64,000 bases of DNA from Candidatus Eiseniibacteriota bacterium (GTDB taxonomy: Bacteria; Eisenbacteria; RBG-16-71-46; DASYSL01): NCBI GenBank assembly GCA_046598045.1, contig JBKJJJ010000174.1, positions 42,148-106,147 of the forward strand. Direction: 5' to 3'. The notes below the pieces were generated by a model. It ran no database searches. It saw only the letters and a program-made list of their open reading frames with translations, and had not been told where the DNA came from. Each line of letters begins with the position of its first letter. Positions within the stretch are counted from its first letter, which is position 1. Shown one piece after another: positions 9,124 to 18,197 of the stretch. Made by a program: the position numbers and the translations under genes.

Positions 9124-9716
9124 TGACCGAGGGGTCCGTCATCTGACTTGCAGATCGTGCGGGCGCGGTCGCGGCAGCGCACGGACCGCTGACGCACGGT
9201 CGCGTGACTGAGTCCCAGTTTCTCGGCGACTAATCGCAGGTTGAGCGTGGTGAGCCAGTGCTCGAACAGTTCCCGGCACTGCCCCCCGAGCGACCGCATG
9301 ATCTCCTGGATGTAGAACTGCGCGTCCTCGGGGCGTAGCTCGTCGTCGTCGAGTTCGGGCAGTGGCATGGGCAGGTCCTTCTCCGGCAGCGGCTCTGTTC
9401 GAGGGCGCCAACGCATGCGATCGATCGCGACACGCCTGGCGATCTCCACCTCGAGTGCGACCTGGTTGTCGATCGGCCCGCGCAGGACGGCGCGCATCAC
9501 CCGGATGCAGGCATCCTGCGCCAGGTCCTCGAGCTCGTCGGGACCCACGAGACGTGTCAGGTTCGCCGCGATCACCCGCCTCATACGCGCCCTCGCCTCC
9601 TCCCAGTTCACCTGATCGAGCGGGCCGCCGCCTTCGGGCGACCGGTTGTCCAGGGTCATATCGGACCGATCCTCGGGTCTGGGAGTGGAGTCGGGCTGCG
9701 GGCAGGGGTGTGACAA
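9093..9716 (-). CDS. RNA polymerase ECF-type sigma-70 factor
   Basis: Sigma region 2 (DLAQDACIRVMRA) and region 4 helix-turn-helix (LRLVAEKLGLSHATVRQRSVRCRDR). The true start may be the internal ATG at about 9659. Confidence 0.75.
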   Translation of the reverse strand: MSHPCPQPDSTPRPEDRSDMTLDNRSPEGGGPLDQVNWEEARARMRRVIAANLTRLVGPDELEDLAQDACIRVMRAVLRGPIDNQVALEVEIARRVAIDRMRWRPRTEPLPEKDLPMPLPELDDDELRPEDAQFYIQEIMRSLGGQCRELFEHWLTTLNLRLVAEKLGLSHATVRQRSVRCRDRARTICKSDDGPLGQWFRSRLESA

Positions 9717-9898
9717 CTCGGCCGTCTAGTATCCGGCAGCGGTCCCCCGGAATCAATCCCGTATATTGCCAAGCCTATTCCTGCTAGGGGATTGCCGCCG
9801 GCGCGACAAGCTAACAAATTCCCGCGTCACACTTGGCCGACCGCTCGACCTCCTCCGCGAAGGTCACTGGATCACCGATCCGTCCCGAGGAGCTCGCG

Positions 9899-10714
9899 AT
9901 GAACCCGAACTGGATTGAGATCGCTCCGATCGTCCACTCCCGGACCGAATTCGTCTTTCGAGACGTGCGTGGCAGGGAGGAATTGCTGCAGGTGCTTGCG
10001 CTGAGGTACCGCCTCTACTCGACGACTCCGGGCATGTGCCGGCTCGACTCGGTCGACCACGCGACCCGGCTCGACTTCGATACCTATGACCTGAACTCAC
10101 GGCACTTCGGATTGTTTGCCCGCAACGGATCGGACGACCGCCTGGTCGGCACGCTTCGCGCCACCGGAACCCGGACGGGGCCGATGGCGGGCTTGTTGCG
10201 GGAGATCGCCTCCGCCCACCCGACGCTCGAGGCGCGAGTCGCGAAGGGTACGACCGAGCTCCTGCCCATGCTGGCGGACCTCGCCCAAGCCCCGGCCGTA
10301 CGCGAGGCCATCCGGTTGCGCAGCGGGGAGGAGATCGCCGAGCCCGGGCGGCTGACGGTCGACCCGCGGGTTCGTCTCGCCGCGGGGCGGCGCGGGATCC
10401 GGCTGTCGCACTTCCTCGTGCACTGCGCGCTGGCGGTGGGCTGGGATCAGCTCGGGCTCGATCGGGTCTACGTCTATTGCAACGAGCGACTGGATTCGTT
10501 CTACCGCCGCGTCGGGTTCTATCCGCTCCCGGGAGGCGAGTCGACGTTCCAGCAGAAGCAACAAATCCCGATGGTCGTGTTCCAGGCGACCCCGGCCTCG
10601 CTCCCCGTCGACCTGCGCCCTGAGATCGAACTCTGCGCCCGGCAGTTGCGCGAACGCGGCGAGGCGATTCGCGAGCTTCTCGAGCCGACGGAGACCCGCT
10701 GCGCCGCAGCCTAG
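9899..10714 (+). CDS. GNAT-fold N-acyltransferase of the autoinducer-synthase-like superfamily (LuxI / FeeM N-acyl amino acid synthase / OlsB-like)
   Basis: ATG at 9899 with GAGGAG upstream. Motifs LRYRLY ... RLDFDTYDLNSRHFGLFA ... RLVGTLR match the R-x-x-V/L-F/Y, E/D-x-D-x-Y-D and RL-x-p-T landmarks of LuxI-like acyltransferases. Confidence 0.5.
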   Translation: MNPNWIEIAPIVHSRTEFVFRDVRGREELLQVLALRYRLYSTTPGMCRLDSVDHATRLDFDTYDLNSRHFGLFARNGSDDRLVGTLRATGTRTGPMAGLLREIASAHPTLEARVAKGTTELLPMLADLAQAPAVREAIRLRSGEEIAEPGRLTVDPRVRLAAGRRGIRLSHFLVHCALAVGWDQLGLDRVYVYCNERLDSFYRRVGFYPLPGGESTFQQKQQIPMVVFQATPASLPVDLRPEIELCARQLRERGEAIRELLEPTETRCAAA

Positions 10715-10742
10715 GCGCCACCCTACCTCAGAGGAGCCAGCG

Positions 10743-11378
10743 ATGTGGAACCGAGTCGTTCGAAACGCGATCGTCGTTGCCGCCATCTTCCTGCTTCCCC
10801 TCGCCGCGAGACCGGACCACCTGCGGCATCCCGCGCCCTGGCTTGCCGCCGCGGTGGCGCTCGTAGTGCTGATGTCGCAGCCGGCCGTCGACCTTTGCGA
10901 ATCGGCCTCGCGCGACGCATCCGATCGCGGATCGGCGCTCGGCATCTTTGCCGCGATGATCGGGGCCCAGGTTGCGTCCTCGCTCCAGTTCGCGGCGGGC
11001 CCGGCTGCACAGCCCGCTTGGACCCTCGCAGGCGGCGCCCTGCTCGTCGTGACCGGGCTCGCGCTCCGGCTTTGGGCGATCCGCACGCTCGGGCGCTTCT
11101 TCACGAGCACGGTGCGCGTGGCCGAGTCGCACCGTGTCGTTCAGGGCGGCCCGTACCAACTGCTCCGTCACCCGTCGTATACCGGCGCGCTCATGACCGC
11201 GCTCGGCACCGCGGCGTTGCTCGGCAGCACGGTCGGAGCGGCGCTGGTCGCCGTGCTATGCGTGCCCGCCTACCTGTATCGAATCGCCACTGAAGAGCGC
11301 GCGCTCATGAACGCGCTCGGTGCCGAGTACGCGGAGTATCGCAGCCGGACCTGGGGCGTCCTCCCCGGGTTGCGGTGA
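10743..11378 (+). CDS. Isoprenylcysteine carboxyl methyltransferase (ICMT/PEMT) family membrane methyltransferase
   Basis: Multi-TM protein with the ICMT signature GPYQLLRHPSYTGAL and C-terminal EERALMNALGAEYAEY. Confidence 0.75.
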   Translation: MWNRVVRNAIVVAAIFLLPLAARPDHLRHPAPWLAAAVALVVLMSQPAVDLCESASRDASDRGSALGIFAAMIGAQVASSLQFAAGPAAQPAWTLAGGALLVVTGLALRLWAIRTLGRFFTSTVRVAESHRVVQGGPYQLLRHPSYTGALMTALGTAALLGSTVGAALVAVLCVPAYLYRIATEERALMNALGAEYAEYRSRTWGVLPGLR

Positions 11379-11472
11379 GTTAGCCGGTCACAGATCCGAT
11401 CGGGCACGACTTCCCAGCATACCGGCGGATCGAGCCCCGGATCGCGAACGAGTTCAACAGTGGAGGTGGTCG

Positions 11473-12309
11473 ATGCAGGGAGTCCTGAAGTCCAGATGGG
11501 TGGTTGCGGTGCGCGTCGCACTCCTGTCGACGGCGCTCATTCTCGGGGGTTGCGGAAAAGACAAGATCTCCGATCCCCAGACGGTGGTGACTCCGGGTGG
11601 CGGGACGGATCCGGTTCCTCACGCGGTGATCGGCGCGAATCGATACACGGGTGACGCCCCGTTCGTCGTGAGCTTCAGCAATCAGTCGACCAACGGCACC
11701 AGGTGCGAGTGGTCGTTCGGCGATGGCGCGAGTTCCACGGAGTGGAGCCCGAGCCATACCTACACCAGCCTGGGGCGCTATACGGCGAACCTTACCGTGT
11801 ACAACTCGAAAGGCGCGACTTCGACCGACCAGCGTGTCGTCACGGCGTACTTGCTCGTCCGACCGTTCGGGGTCGGCGGTAGGGTCTTCGGCCCGTACTA
11901 CCCCAGTCTCACCCAGGGGGACTGCGACTTTGGCGGGCATGGCCCGGACGTCTGGATGGACGCCAAGCTGTCGGTCGCGTCCAGCAATCCCGCCCGACTC
12001 CAACTCAACGCATCGATGCGCGCGGTCGAGACCCAGGCCGACTGGACGACCGGTGTCGTGAATGTGGCCACCATCATCTACACGGCGCCGTCAGGAACGC
12101 GGATCGAAACCCTTCCCGACGTCAGCGAGCTCCACGAGGCGTATCAGGACAACGGATGGGGTCTCGCGACGACCGCCGGCAATGCGCTGGGGAGCTTCAC
12201 GTGGAAGGGCGATACGGATGGAAATGACGTCTGCGGAACGACCTCGGACGACACTCAGATGTTCGTGAACATCAAGGGCATTCAGCTGCGCCTGGGTCCG
12301 AGCCAATGA
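11473..12309 (+). CDS. Lipoprotein with PKD domain
   Basis: ATG at 11473 after GGAGGTGG. Lipobox LILGGCG. PKD-like segment FVVSFSNQSTNGTRCEWSFGDGASSTEWSPSHTYTSLGRYTANLTVYNSKGATS. Confidence 0.65.
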   Translation: MQGVLKSRWVVAVRVALLSTALILGGCGKDKISDPQTVVTPGGGTDPVPHAVIGANRYTGDAPFVVSFSNQSTNGTRCEWSFGDGASSTEWSPSHTYTSLGRYTANLTVYNSKGATSTDQRVVTAYLLVRPFGVGGRVFGPYYPSLTQGDCDFGGHGPDVWMDAKLSVASSNPARLQLNASMRAVETQADWTTGVVNVATIIYTAPSGTRIETLPDVSELHEAYQDNGWGLATTAGNALGSFTWKGDTDGNDVCGTTSDDTQMFVNIKGIQLRLGPSQ

Positions 12310-12347
12310 GCGCTCCCAGCGGTGTTGCTCACGAGGGGAGGCTCCCG

Positions 12348-13640
12348 ATGACGCTTTGCTTCCGCGCGCGATTTGCAGCTCGAGCCCTAGCATTGGTGGC
12401 GTTCGCCATCGGACTATTCGCCGGGGTCGCGCATGCCGTGGACACCGAACCGGCAGTACCGCCGATTCCGACTCGCCCGCCGAATTTCGTATCCAAGAAC
12501 CCCACGATCCAATCGGGGCCGAACCTTCGGTACATAAACGGCCCCGTGATTGCCAACGTCAAGATCGCGATGGTCCTCTATGGAACGGGTCCTCACGACC
12601 CACACGTCGCTGGGACCGTTCCGCCGAGCATGCCTTTCTACTATCAGGACATTGTCGATGACTGCGCCTTGGACTGGTTGAGCGAATACAGCACTCCGAG
12701 CCAGGCAATCGGGCGTGGAACGTTTCTGGGAATGAATCGCGTCACTCCCAGTGCCGGCCGTAGCGGCTCGAGCCTCACGGACCAGAATTTCCGTGATGAA
12801 TTGGCGCACCAGATCGACATCCAGGCCATCCCGCGACCGGATGCGAATACTCTCTACATGGTCCACATGGATCAGGGCCAGACGGTCAGTTTGGGAAAGG
12901 ATGTTCTGTGCGCGACCATGGGCGGTTACCACTCCAGCTTCAGCCACAACGGGGCGCCGATTTACTACGCCGTTCTTCCGGACCCGAGCACCTGTGGCTA
13001 CCAGACGATCCAGGTGCTCATGGGATCGGCGTTTCACGAGATCATCGAGGCCATCACGGACCCCGTGGCAGGGAAGGGCTGGTACGACCCCGATTTCGTG
13101 TATGTCTCGGGGACTTCCGGCGCGGAAGTCGCTGACATTTGTGATCCCAGCCCCGTCTTGTTCACGGGTCGCACGAGCAATGACTTCACAATCGAGACCG
13201 GATGGTCCAACCAGCGAGGAACTTGCTACACGGGCCTGGACTCGGTCCAGCTGATCAGCCCCTCGAACGGGGCGGGGTGTGTGAGCGTGAGCGGCACGCT
13301 GCACTGGTCTCCGGTCTCGGGCTCGACCAGCTACAAGGTTTCGATCAGCAACGCGTCCTACTTTCCGGGCCATATTGTTGAAGCGGGTAAAGGGAGCTCG
13401 GGCTCATACAGCTTTGGCCCGCTCCAGCCTCTCACTGCCTACTACTGGCAGGTGAAAGCCGTGGTTCAGTCGGGCTCTGCGGAGAGCCCGTCTGTGGTCC
13501 GATCTTTCGTGACCGGCCCGAATCCGCCTACGATGCCGGTCGTGTCCTATCCCGCCGACGGAGCGGTCCAACTGCCGGCGAATGGGCAGTTCGCCTGGCA
13601 ACCCGTACCCGGCGCCACGAACTATCATGTCATCGTGTAG
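12348..13640 (+). CDS. Secreted multidomain protein, N-terminal part: signal peptide, about 300-aa domain of unknown function, then an FN3-like module. It ends at an in-frame TAG and continues in frame as 13641..15140.
   Basis: ATG at 12348 after GGAGG. Signal peptide MTLCFRARFAARALALVAFAIGLFAGVAHA. The TAG at 13638-13640 falls inside a repeated W-x-x-V-P-G-A-x-G-Y module. Confidence 0.55.
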   Translation: MTLCFRARFAARALALVAFAIGLFAGVAHAVDTEPAVPPIPTRPPNFVSKNPTIQSGPNLRYINGPVIANVKIAMVLYGTGPHDPHVAGTVPPSMPFYYQDIVDDCALDWLSEYSTPSQAIGRGTFLGMNRVTPSAGRSGSSLTDQNFRDELAHQIDIQAIPRPDANTLYMVHMDQGQTVSLGKDVLCATMGGYHSSFSHNGAPIYYAVLPDPSTCGYQTIQVLMGSAFHEIIEAITDPVAGKGWYDPDFVYVSGTSGAEVADICDPSPVLFTGRTSNDFTIETGWSNQRGTCYTGLDSVQLISPSNGAGCVSVSGTLHWSPVSGSTSYKVSISNASYFPGHIVEAGKGSSGSYSFGPLQPLTAYYWQVKAVVQSGSAESPSVVRSFVTGPNPPTMPVVSYPADGAVQLPANGQFAWQPVPGATNYHVIV

Positions 13641-15140
13641 TGCGCCGCGGGCGATGTCGTGGCGTCCTCCGTGGTGGCCGCGAGTACTTACTCGTACAGC
13701 CTGTCACCAGCGACTTACTCGTGGCAGGTGTACGCCACGGATCAGTGCGGGCAATCGAGCGTCCTCTCACCCTCTCGAGCCTTCACCGTCGGAAACGGAT
13801 CAAGCTGTCCCGCGCCGAACAAGCTGATGCCAAGCGATGGCGCGGCGTGTCAACCGACCTCCGGCACTCTGCGGTGGGAGGCGGTCCCAGGGGCCACGGG
13901 GTACTTCGTCGACCTGCGATCCGGCACCTGCGATCACTTCAAGCCCAGTTCGACGCCGGTCCACGTGACAACGAACGCATACGACTATGCCGGGCTGCAT
14001 GCCGATGCGTCCTACTCTTGGGCTGTGAAGTCCGACTGTGCATGCGGGGCGTGTTCCACCTGTGCCAGCTTCAGGACAGCCGCGGATGCGTCCAGCTATC
14101 CTCCGCCCAAGTTGGCCTCCCCGGCGAACCTTGCCAAGAACATCCCAAGCAGCGGTACGTTGAGCTGGCAGGGCGTTCCCAATGCGGTGGGATATCGCGT
14201 ACAGATCGGAACGGCGTGTGGCACCGGGGCGGAGCAGGACGTCACCGCTCCGAGCGTACCCTACTCGGGCCTCGCCGAGGGAACAACGCACTATTGGAAA
14301 GTGCGCGCCAGATACGACTGCGGCGGGCTCGGATCGTACTCCAGCTGCTACAGCTTCACGACCGATCGCGTGACGGGTATCAATCGGGTCTACTTCCCGT
14401 CCGATCTCGCTTTCGCGCGAGGTCAGACGCACGCCTCGATCCCGGTGCGAGTCGAGAATCTGGGACTGATCGAGGGCGGGCAGATTACGGTGGAACTCAA
14501 TCCCGCGGTCTTCACCTATCGAGGATGTTCGCTTGCAGGCACGCGGGGCGACGGCGGAGCATCCCTGGTCGGTCAACTCGATGCGTCGCACACTCGAGTC
14601 CGGTTCACTCTCTCGTACTCGGCGACAGGGAGTTGCCCGCCATCCATTCCGGCGGGCCTCGGCGATCTGTTTGACATCCTGGTCGACGTCCCGGCCACGG
14701 CTCCGCTCGGCTCGACCGCGATCGGGCTCCCTTCGCCGGCCAAGCTTGATGCATGCGCCGATCACGGCACGCACTCGGTCAGCGCAGTGCTGCAGCCGGG
14801 TTCGGCCCGGATTGCCGAGTCGGTCGCCGTGGGAGATCCCCCGGCTGAGTCGCCTGAGCCGGGAAGGCTTCAGCTTCTCGCACCATTCCCGAATCCTGCT
14901 CGATCCGGCGCGATGATTCGATTCAGCGCTCCCGCGGCAGGCCGGGTAATCGTCACGCTCTACGACATCGCAGGGCGAGAGGCCGCCAGAATCGCCGATG
15001 AGGATTTCACAGCCGGCTGGCATGAGCTTCGCTGGGATGGCCGCGGGCTCAATGGGGTTCTCCTGGCGAGCGGGGTCTACGCGCTTCGCGTCAGCGGGGG
15101 CGGCCAGACGAGAATTCAGCACATGATCCTGATTCGCTGA
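13641..15140 (+). CDS. Continuation of the same secreted protein: FN3-like repeats and a C-terminal T9SS type-A / FlgD-Ig-like sorting domain
   Basis: Same frame as 12306..13640. Repeats LRWEAVPGATGYFVDL and LSWQGVPNAVGYRVQI. C-terminus LAPFPNPARSGAMIRFSAPAAGRVIVTLYDIAGREAA...WDGRGLNGVLLASGVYALRV matches the Por-secretion-tail / FlgD-Ig pattern. Confidence 0.55.
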   Translation, partial: CAAGDVVASSVVAASTYSYSLSPATYSWQVYATDQCGQSSVLSPSRAFTVGNGSSCPAPNKLMPSDGAACQPTSGTLRWEAVPGATGYFVDLRSGTCDHFKPSSTPVHVTTNAYDYAGLHADASYSWAVKSDCACGACSTCASFRTAADASSYPPPKLASPANLAKNIPSSGTLSWQGVPNAVGYRVQIGTACGTGAEQDVTAPSVPYSGLAEGTTHYWKVRARYDCGGLGSYSSCYSFTTDRVTGINRVYFPSDLAFARGQTHASIPVRVENLGLIEGGQITVELNPAVFTYRGCSLAGTRGDGGASLVGQLDASHTRVRFTLSYSATGSCPPSIPAGLGDLFDILVDVPATAPLGSTAIGLPSPAKLDACADHGTHSVSAVLQPGSARIAESVAVGDPPAESPEPGRLQLLAPFPNPARSGAMIRFSAPAAGRVIVTLYDIAGREAARIADEDFTAGWHELRWDGRGLNGVLLASGVYALRVSGGGQTRIQHMILIR

Positions 15141-15317
15141 CAAATACTCGCGGAATCGCGGTATTTCGTAACGCTCCGGGCACCCGCCGCGTTGCGGTCG
15201 CCCTGGTAAGGCGTCTTGACGGGGCCCCCGCGGGCAATAGTGTCGTTGTCCCCCCCGCTTTCCTCAGCACCCCAAACTAGGGGTCTCCAGGTTCCAGAGG
15301 AAGGAAGTGTTTCGACC

Positions 15318-16325
15318 ATGCCACTACGAGGCGCCTGCTCGGTCGTTGCCTGCGCGTTCGGCCTGTTGGCGGTTGGCCCGACGCTCTCGAGCGCGCAGTG
15401 TACCGGCGACGTCACCGACGACTTCGATGGCTCTACGCTTGGTCCGTTGTGGGCGAACGTTTCCCAGTGCGCAAGTAGCGTCACCGAGAGTGATGGGGTC
15501 CTCCATCTGTTCAAGCCCGACAACGGCCTCGGGTTCGCGATGGTACGTCTTGCGCCTGACAGGCTGCTGTGCGACGACTTCGATCTCGCAATCGACTACA
15601 CGCTGAGCATGCCGCCGGCGCAGGACATGGGAGGCAGCATCCATGGGACGCAGCTCTATACCGCGACCGGGACACTGGTCGCTGGCGCAGAGCGCTATAG
15701 GCAGGGGAGTACCTCATGCGTCTCGCCGCAGTATGACTCCTACAAGTTCTACACGACCGTGCCGGGGTGTCCGACGGATGCCATCTACCTTCCCACCTCA
15801 GCCGCGGCCGGAAGGTTTCGGCTCATCCGAACCGGCGGGACGATCGAAGCCTTCTATTGGAATGACACAGACTGGGTCCTGAGGATGAGTCGACCGATTA
15901 CGACGGCAGCTGTCTATCTTCAGCTCAACAGCGGCACGAACTTTAGCATTTCTCCGGGGTTGAAGGCCGCCACCGGCGGCACGTTCGACAATTTTCACGT
16001 GGGCCTGCCGAACCTGGCTGGTGTCGCGCCCGGGACCGGAGCTTCTGGGCTGGCCTGTTCCGTGCAGCGAAATCCGATGCCGCGCTCGATTCCGGTGCGG
16101 TTCGTCTTCGAAACTCCGCGTGATGGGCGAGTGACTCTGCGGATCTACAACGCAGGCGGAGCTCTTGTCGGGACGGCCCTGGACGAGGACCTTCCTTCGG
16201 GGGGTCACATCGCGAGCTGGAGTTCGACCTCTTCCGATGGCAGTCGGCTGGGCAGCGGTGTCTATTTTGCTCAGCTCGTCGCGAGCGGGCAGCGGGTTTC
16301 CACGCGAGTCGTCCTGCTTCCGTAG
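15318..16325 (+). CDS. Secreted concanavalin-A/LamG-like domain protein with C-terminal T9SS type-A / FlgD-Ig-like sorting domain
   Basis: ATG at 15318 after GAGGAAGGA. Signal peptide MPLRGACSVVACAFGLLAVGPTLSSA. DDFDGSTLGPLW jelly-roll motif. C-terminal RVTLRIYNAGGALVGTALDEDLPSGGHIASWSSTSSDGSRLGSGVYFAQL. Confidence 0.65.
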   Translation: MPLRGACSVVACAFGLLAVGPTLSSAQCTGDVTDDFDGSTLGPLWANVSQCASSVTESDGVLHLFKPDNGLGFAMVRLAPDRLLCDDFDLAIDYTLSMPPAQDMGGSIHGTQLYTATGTLVAGAERYRQGSTSCVSPQYDSYKFYTTVPGCPTDAIYLPTSAAAGRFRLIRTGGTIEAFYWNDTDWVLRMSRPITTAAVYLQLNSGTNFSISPGLKAATGGTFDNFHVGLPNLAGVAPGTGASGLACSVQRNPMPRSIPVRFVFETPRDGRVTLRIYNAGGALVGTALDEDLPSGGHIASWSSTSSDGSRLGSGVYFAQLVASGQRVSTRVVLLP

Positions 16326-16454
16326 TTGCGCGCGCCCTGCTCGTAGGGGATGGCAGGCGCCCTCGAGGCTTCCCCGGCCTGTGTTTAGGGGTCCACCGCT
16401 CATACTCACGGATGGGCGGTAATCGAGTTTGTTGACGGGCAGAACCGGTTACGC

Positions 16455-17528
16455 CTAACGCCCGCCGTCCACCCACGCCAGCCCGAACGGCTCGGGCCCC
16501 ACGCGGATACGATCGCTCACCGTGTTGGACGCGAGGTCGATGACTGAAAGCTCGTCGTCGCGCGTCGAGGCGACGTACGCGCGCCTGCCGTCCGAGTCCA
16601 GCGCGATGCCCAGCGGGTAGGTCCCGACCGGGATGCTCCCGAGCCGCACGCGCGTTCGCGCGTCGAAGTAGGCCACCGAGCCCTCGCCCGCGTTGACCAC
16701 GTAGGCGCGGCTCCCGTCGGCCGAGAGTGCGATGCGCACGGGCGCGCGCCCCGCGTTGAGCACCGCGAGCGAACCGAGCGTGTAGGGATCGAGCACGCTG
16801 ACCGTGCCGTCGTCGCGGTTCGCGACCCATACTGCCGACCCGTCGGGCGCGACCACGACCGCCTCGGGCCCGGAGCGGACGCGGGTCTCCTGCACGTCGC
16901 CACCGGTCAGGTTCACGGCGAACAGCGTCGGACCGTTGGCGTCGGTGACGTACAGGCGGGTCTCGCTCGGGTCGAGCGCGACCTCGTGCGGGACGCCGTG
17001 AGGCAGCACGAACGTACGGTCAATTTGGCGCGACAGCAGGTTGATCTCGAGCACCGAGCGGCGCGTCTCCGAGGCGGCGTAGAGGTACACGCCGGAGCGC
17101 GCGCAGGCCAGCCCGTGGAACCGTCCATAGGGATAGAAGTCCAGCCGGTCGATCTCCTGCCGCGACGACGTCGAGAGCACGGAGATCGTCCCCGCGCCGA
17201 ACTGGCCGCCGTCGTAGTTCACGACGTAGATCCGGCGCTGGTCGGGCGAGACTGCGAGTTCGCGCGGATTGAAGCCCACGCGCGCGTAGGCGAAGACGCG
17301 GCGCGTGTCGGGGTTCAGGAACGCGACCGCACTGCCCGAGTTCTGCGTGACCACGAGCATGCCGCGCAGGGTCGCGCCGGGGTCGCGCTCGCGCAGCGAG
17401 TCGGGCCACGAGGCTTCGGCGCCGCCCGGCCCGGGCGCACGCTGGGCGACCGCGCCGCCGGTGGGCGCGCAGCCCGAGGCAAGCGCGGCAAGAACGAGAA
17501 GCGCGAGCAGGGTCCGGGTGTGCGTCAC
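16455..17528 (-). CDS. YVTN-family beta-propeller repeat lipoprotein
   Basis: GTG start at 17528 with GGAGA upstream. Lipobox LAALASGC. Repeated YVVN, YVTD and YVAS blades (RIYVVNYDGG, RLYVTDANGPT, RAYVVNAGEGS, RAYVAS). The upstream part of the 590-aa track ORF is Arg-rich noise. Confidence 0.7.
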   Translation of the reverse strand: MTHTRTLLALLVLAALASGCAPTGGAVAQRAPGPGGAEASWPDSLRERDPGATLRGMLVVTQNSGSAVAFLNPDTRRVFAYARVGFNPRELAVSPDQRRIYVVNYDGGQFGAGTISVLSTSSRQEIDRLDFYPYGRFHGLACARSGVYLYAASETRRSVLEINLLSRQIDRTFVLPHGVPHEVALDPSETRLYVTDANGPTLFAVNLTGGDVQETRVRSGPEAVVVAPDGSAVWVANRDDGTVSVLDPYTLGSLAVLNAGRAPVRIALSADGSRAYVVNAGEGSVAYFDARTRVRLGSIPVGTYPLGIALDSDGRRAYVASTRDDELSVIDLASNTVSDRIRVGPEPFGLAWVDGGR

Positions 17529-17657
17529 GAGGGTCTCCGCGGTGGAAGCCGGCTTGGTCCTTCGGCGAGCGGCGAGTATATACTGCGCGTCCAGCGCTGG
17601 ATCGGAGGAACGCCACGGTCTTCGCTCGCGTTCCTCGTGCCGGTCACGGGCCCGCAC

Positions 17658-18197
17658 ATGCCGGCCGTGATCCATGCGCTCATCAACGTGGTCATGCTGG
17701 TGCGCACGCTGATGCGCGTGCCGGCGTACGTGCTCGGCCTGTTGGCCGTCACCCTGTGGGTCAACGGGGCGAAGTCGCCCGGGATCGGGTTCTTCACGCC
17801 GGTGGTCATGATGCTGGCGGCCTCGACCCGGACGGCCTCGGACCTGCTCGAGTATGTGGGCCGCGCCCGAGCGGCTGCCCAGCGGGCGCACTGGCCCCGG
17901 CCAAGCCCCTTGCGGCGTCAGGGGATGCGCTCTAATGTGACCCGGCCCGGGGCCCCGCCCGCTCAAGGATGGAGCATCCCCGGCCGATACCGTCAGGAGG
18001 CCGGCTTGCGCCGCTACGAATTGCAACTCTGGGAGCCGGACAAGGGTGGCTGGCGCACGGTCCTGACCGCGGCGAGCGCGGAAGTGCTCAAGCGCTCGGC
18101 GAGCACGCTCGAGTGGCAGACCCAGAAGCCCGTCCGGGTCCTGGGTCCCGACGGCGCCGTGCCTCACGGCGAGACCGAACTCGCCCATCGGGGGTAG
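17658..18197 (+). CDS. Hypothetical membrane-anchored protein
   Basis: ATG at 17658. Two predicted TM helices, then a soluble domain. No recognisable family. Confidence 0.3.
   Translation: MPAVIHALINVVMLVRTLMRVPAYVLGLLAVTLWVNGAKSPGIGFFTPVVMMLAASTRTASDLLEYVGRARAAAQRAHWPRPSPLRRQGMRSNVTRPGAPPAQGWSIPGRYRQEAGLRRYELQLWEPDKGGWRTVLTAASAEVLKRSASTLEWQTQKPVRVLGPDGAVPHGETELAHRG

Noticed and set aside
498-13640. Possibility that TAG is a reassigned sense codon (amber suppression or pyrrolysine) because two genes contain in-frame TAG
   Set aside because: TAG is used as the terminator of at least two well-defined genes in the same window (GNAT at 2784 and histone-like at 1317). No pylTSBCD genes were seen. 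Point nonsense mutations or sequencing errors are more parsimonious.
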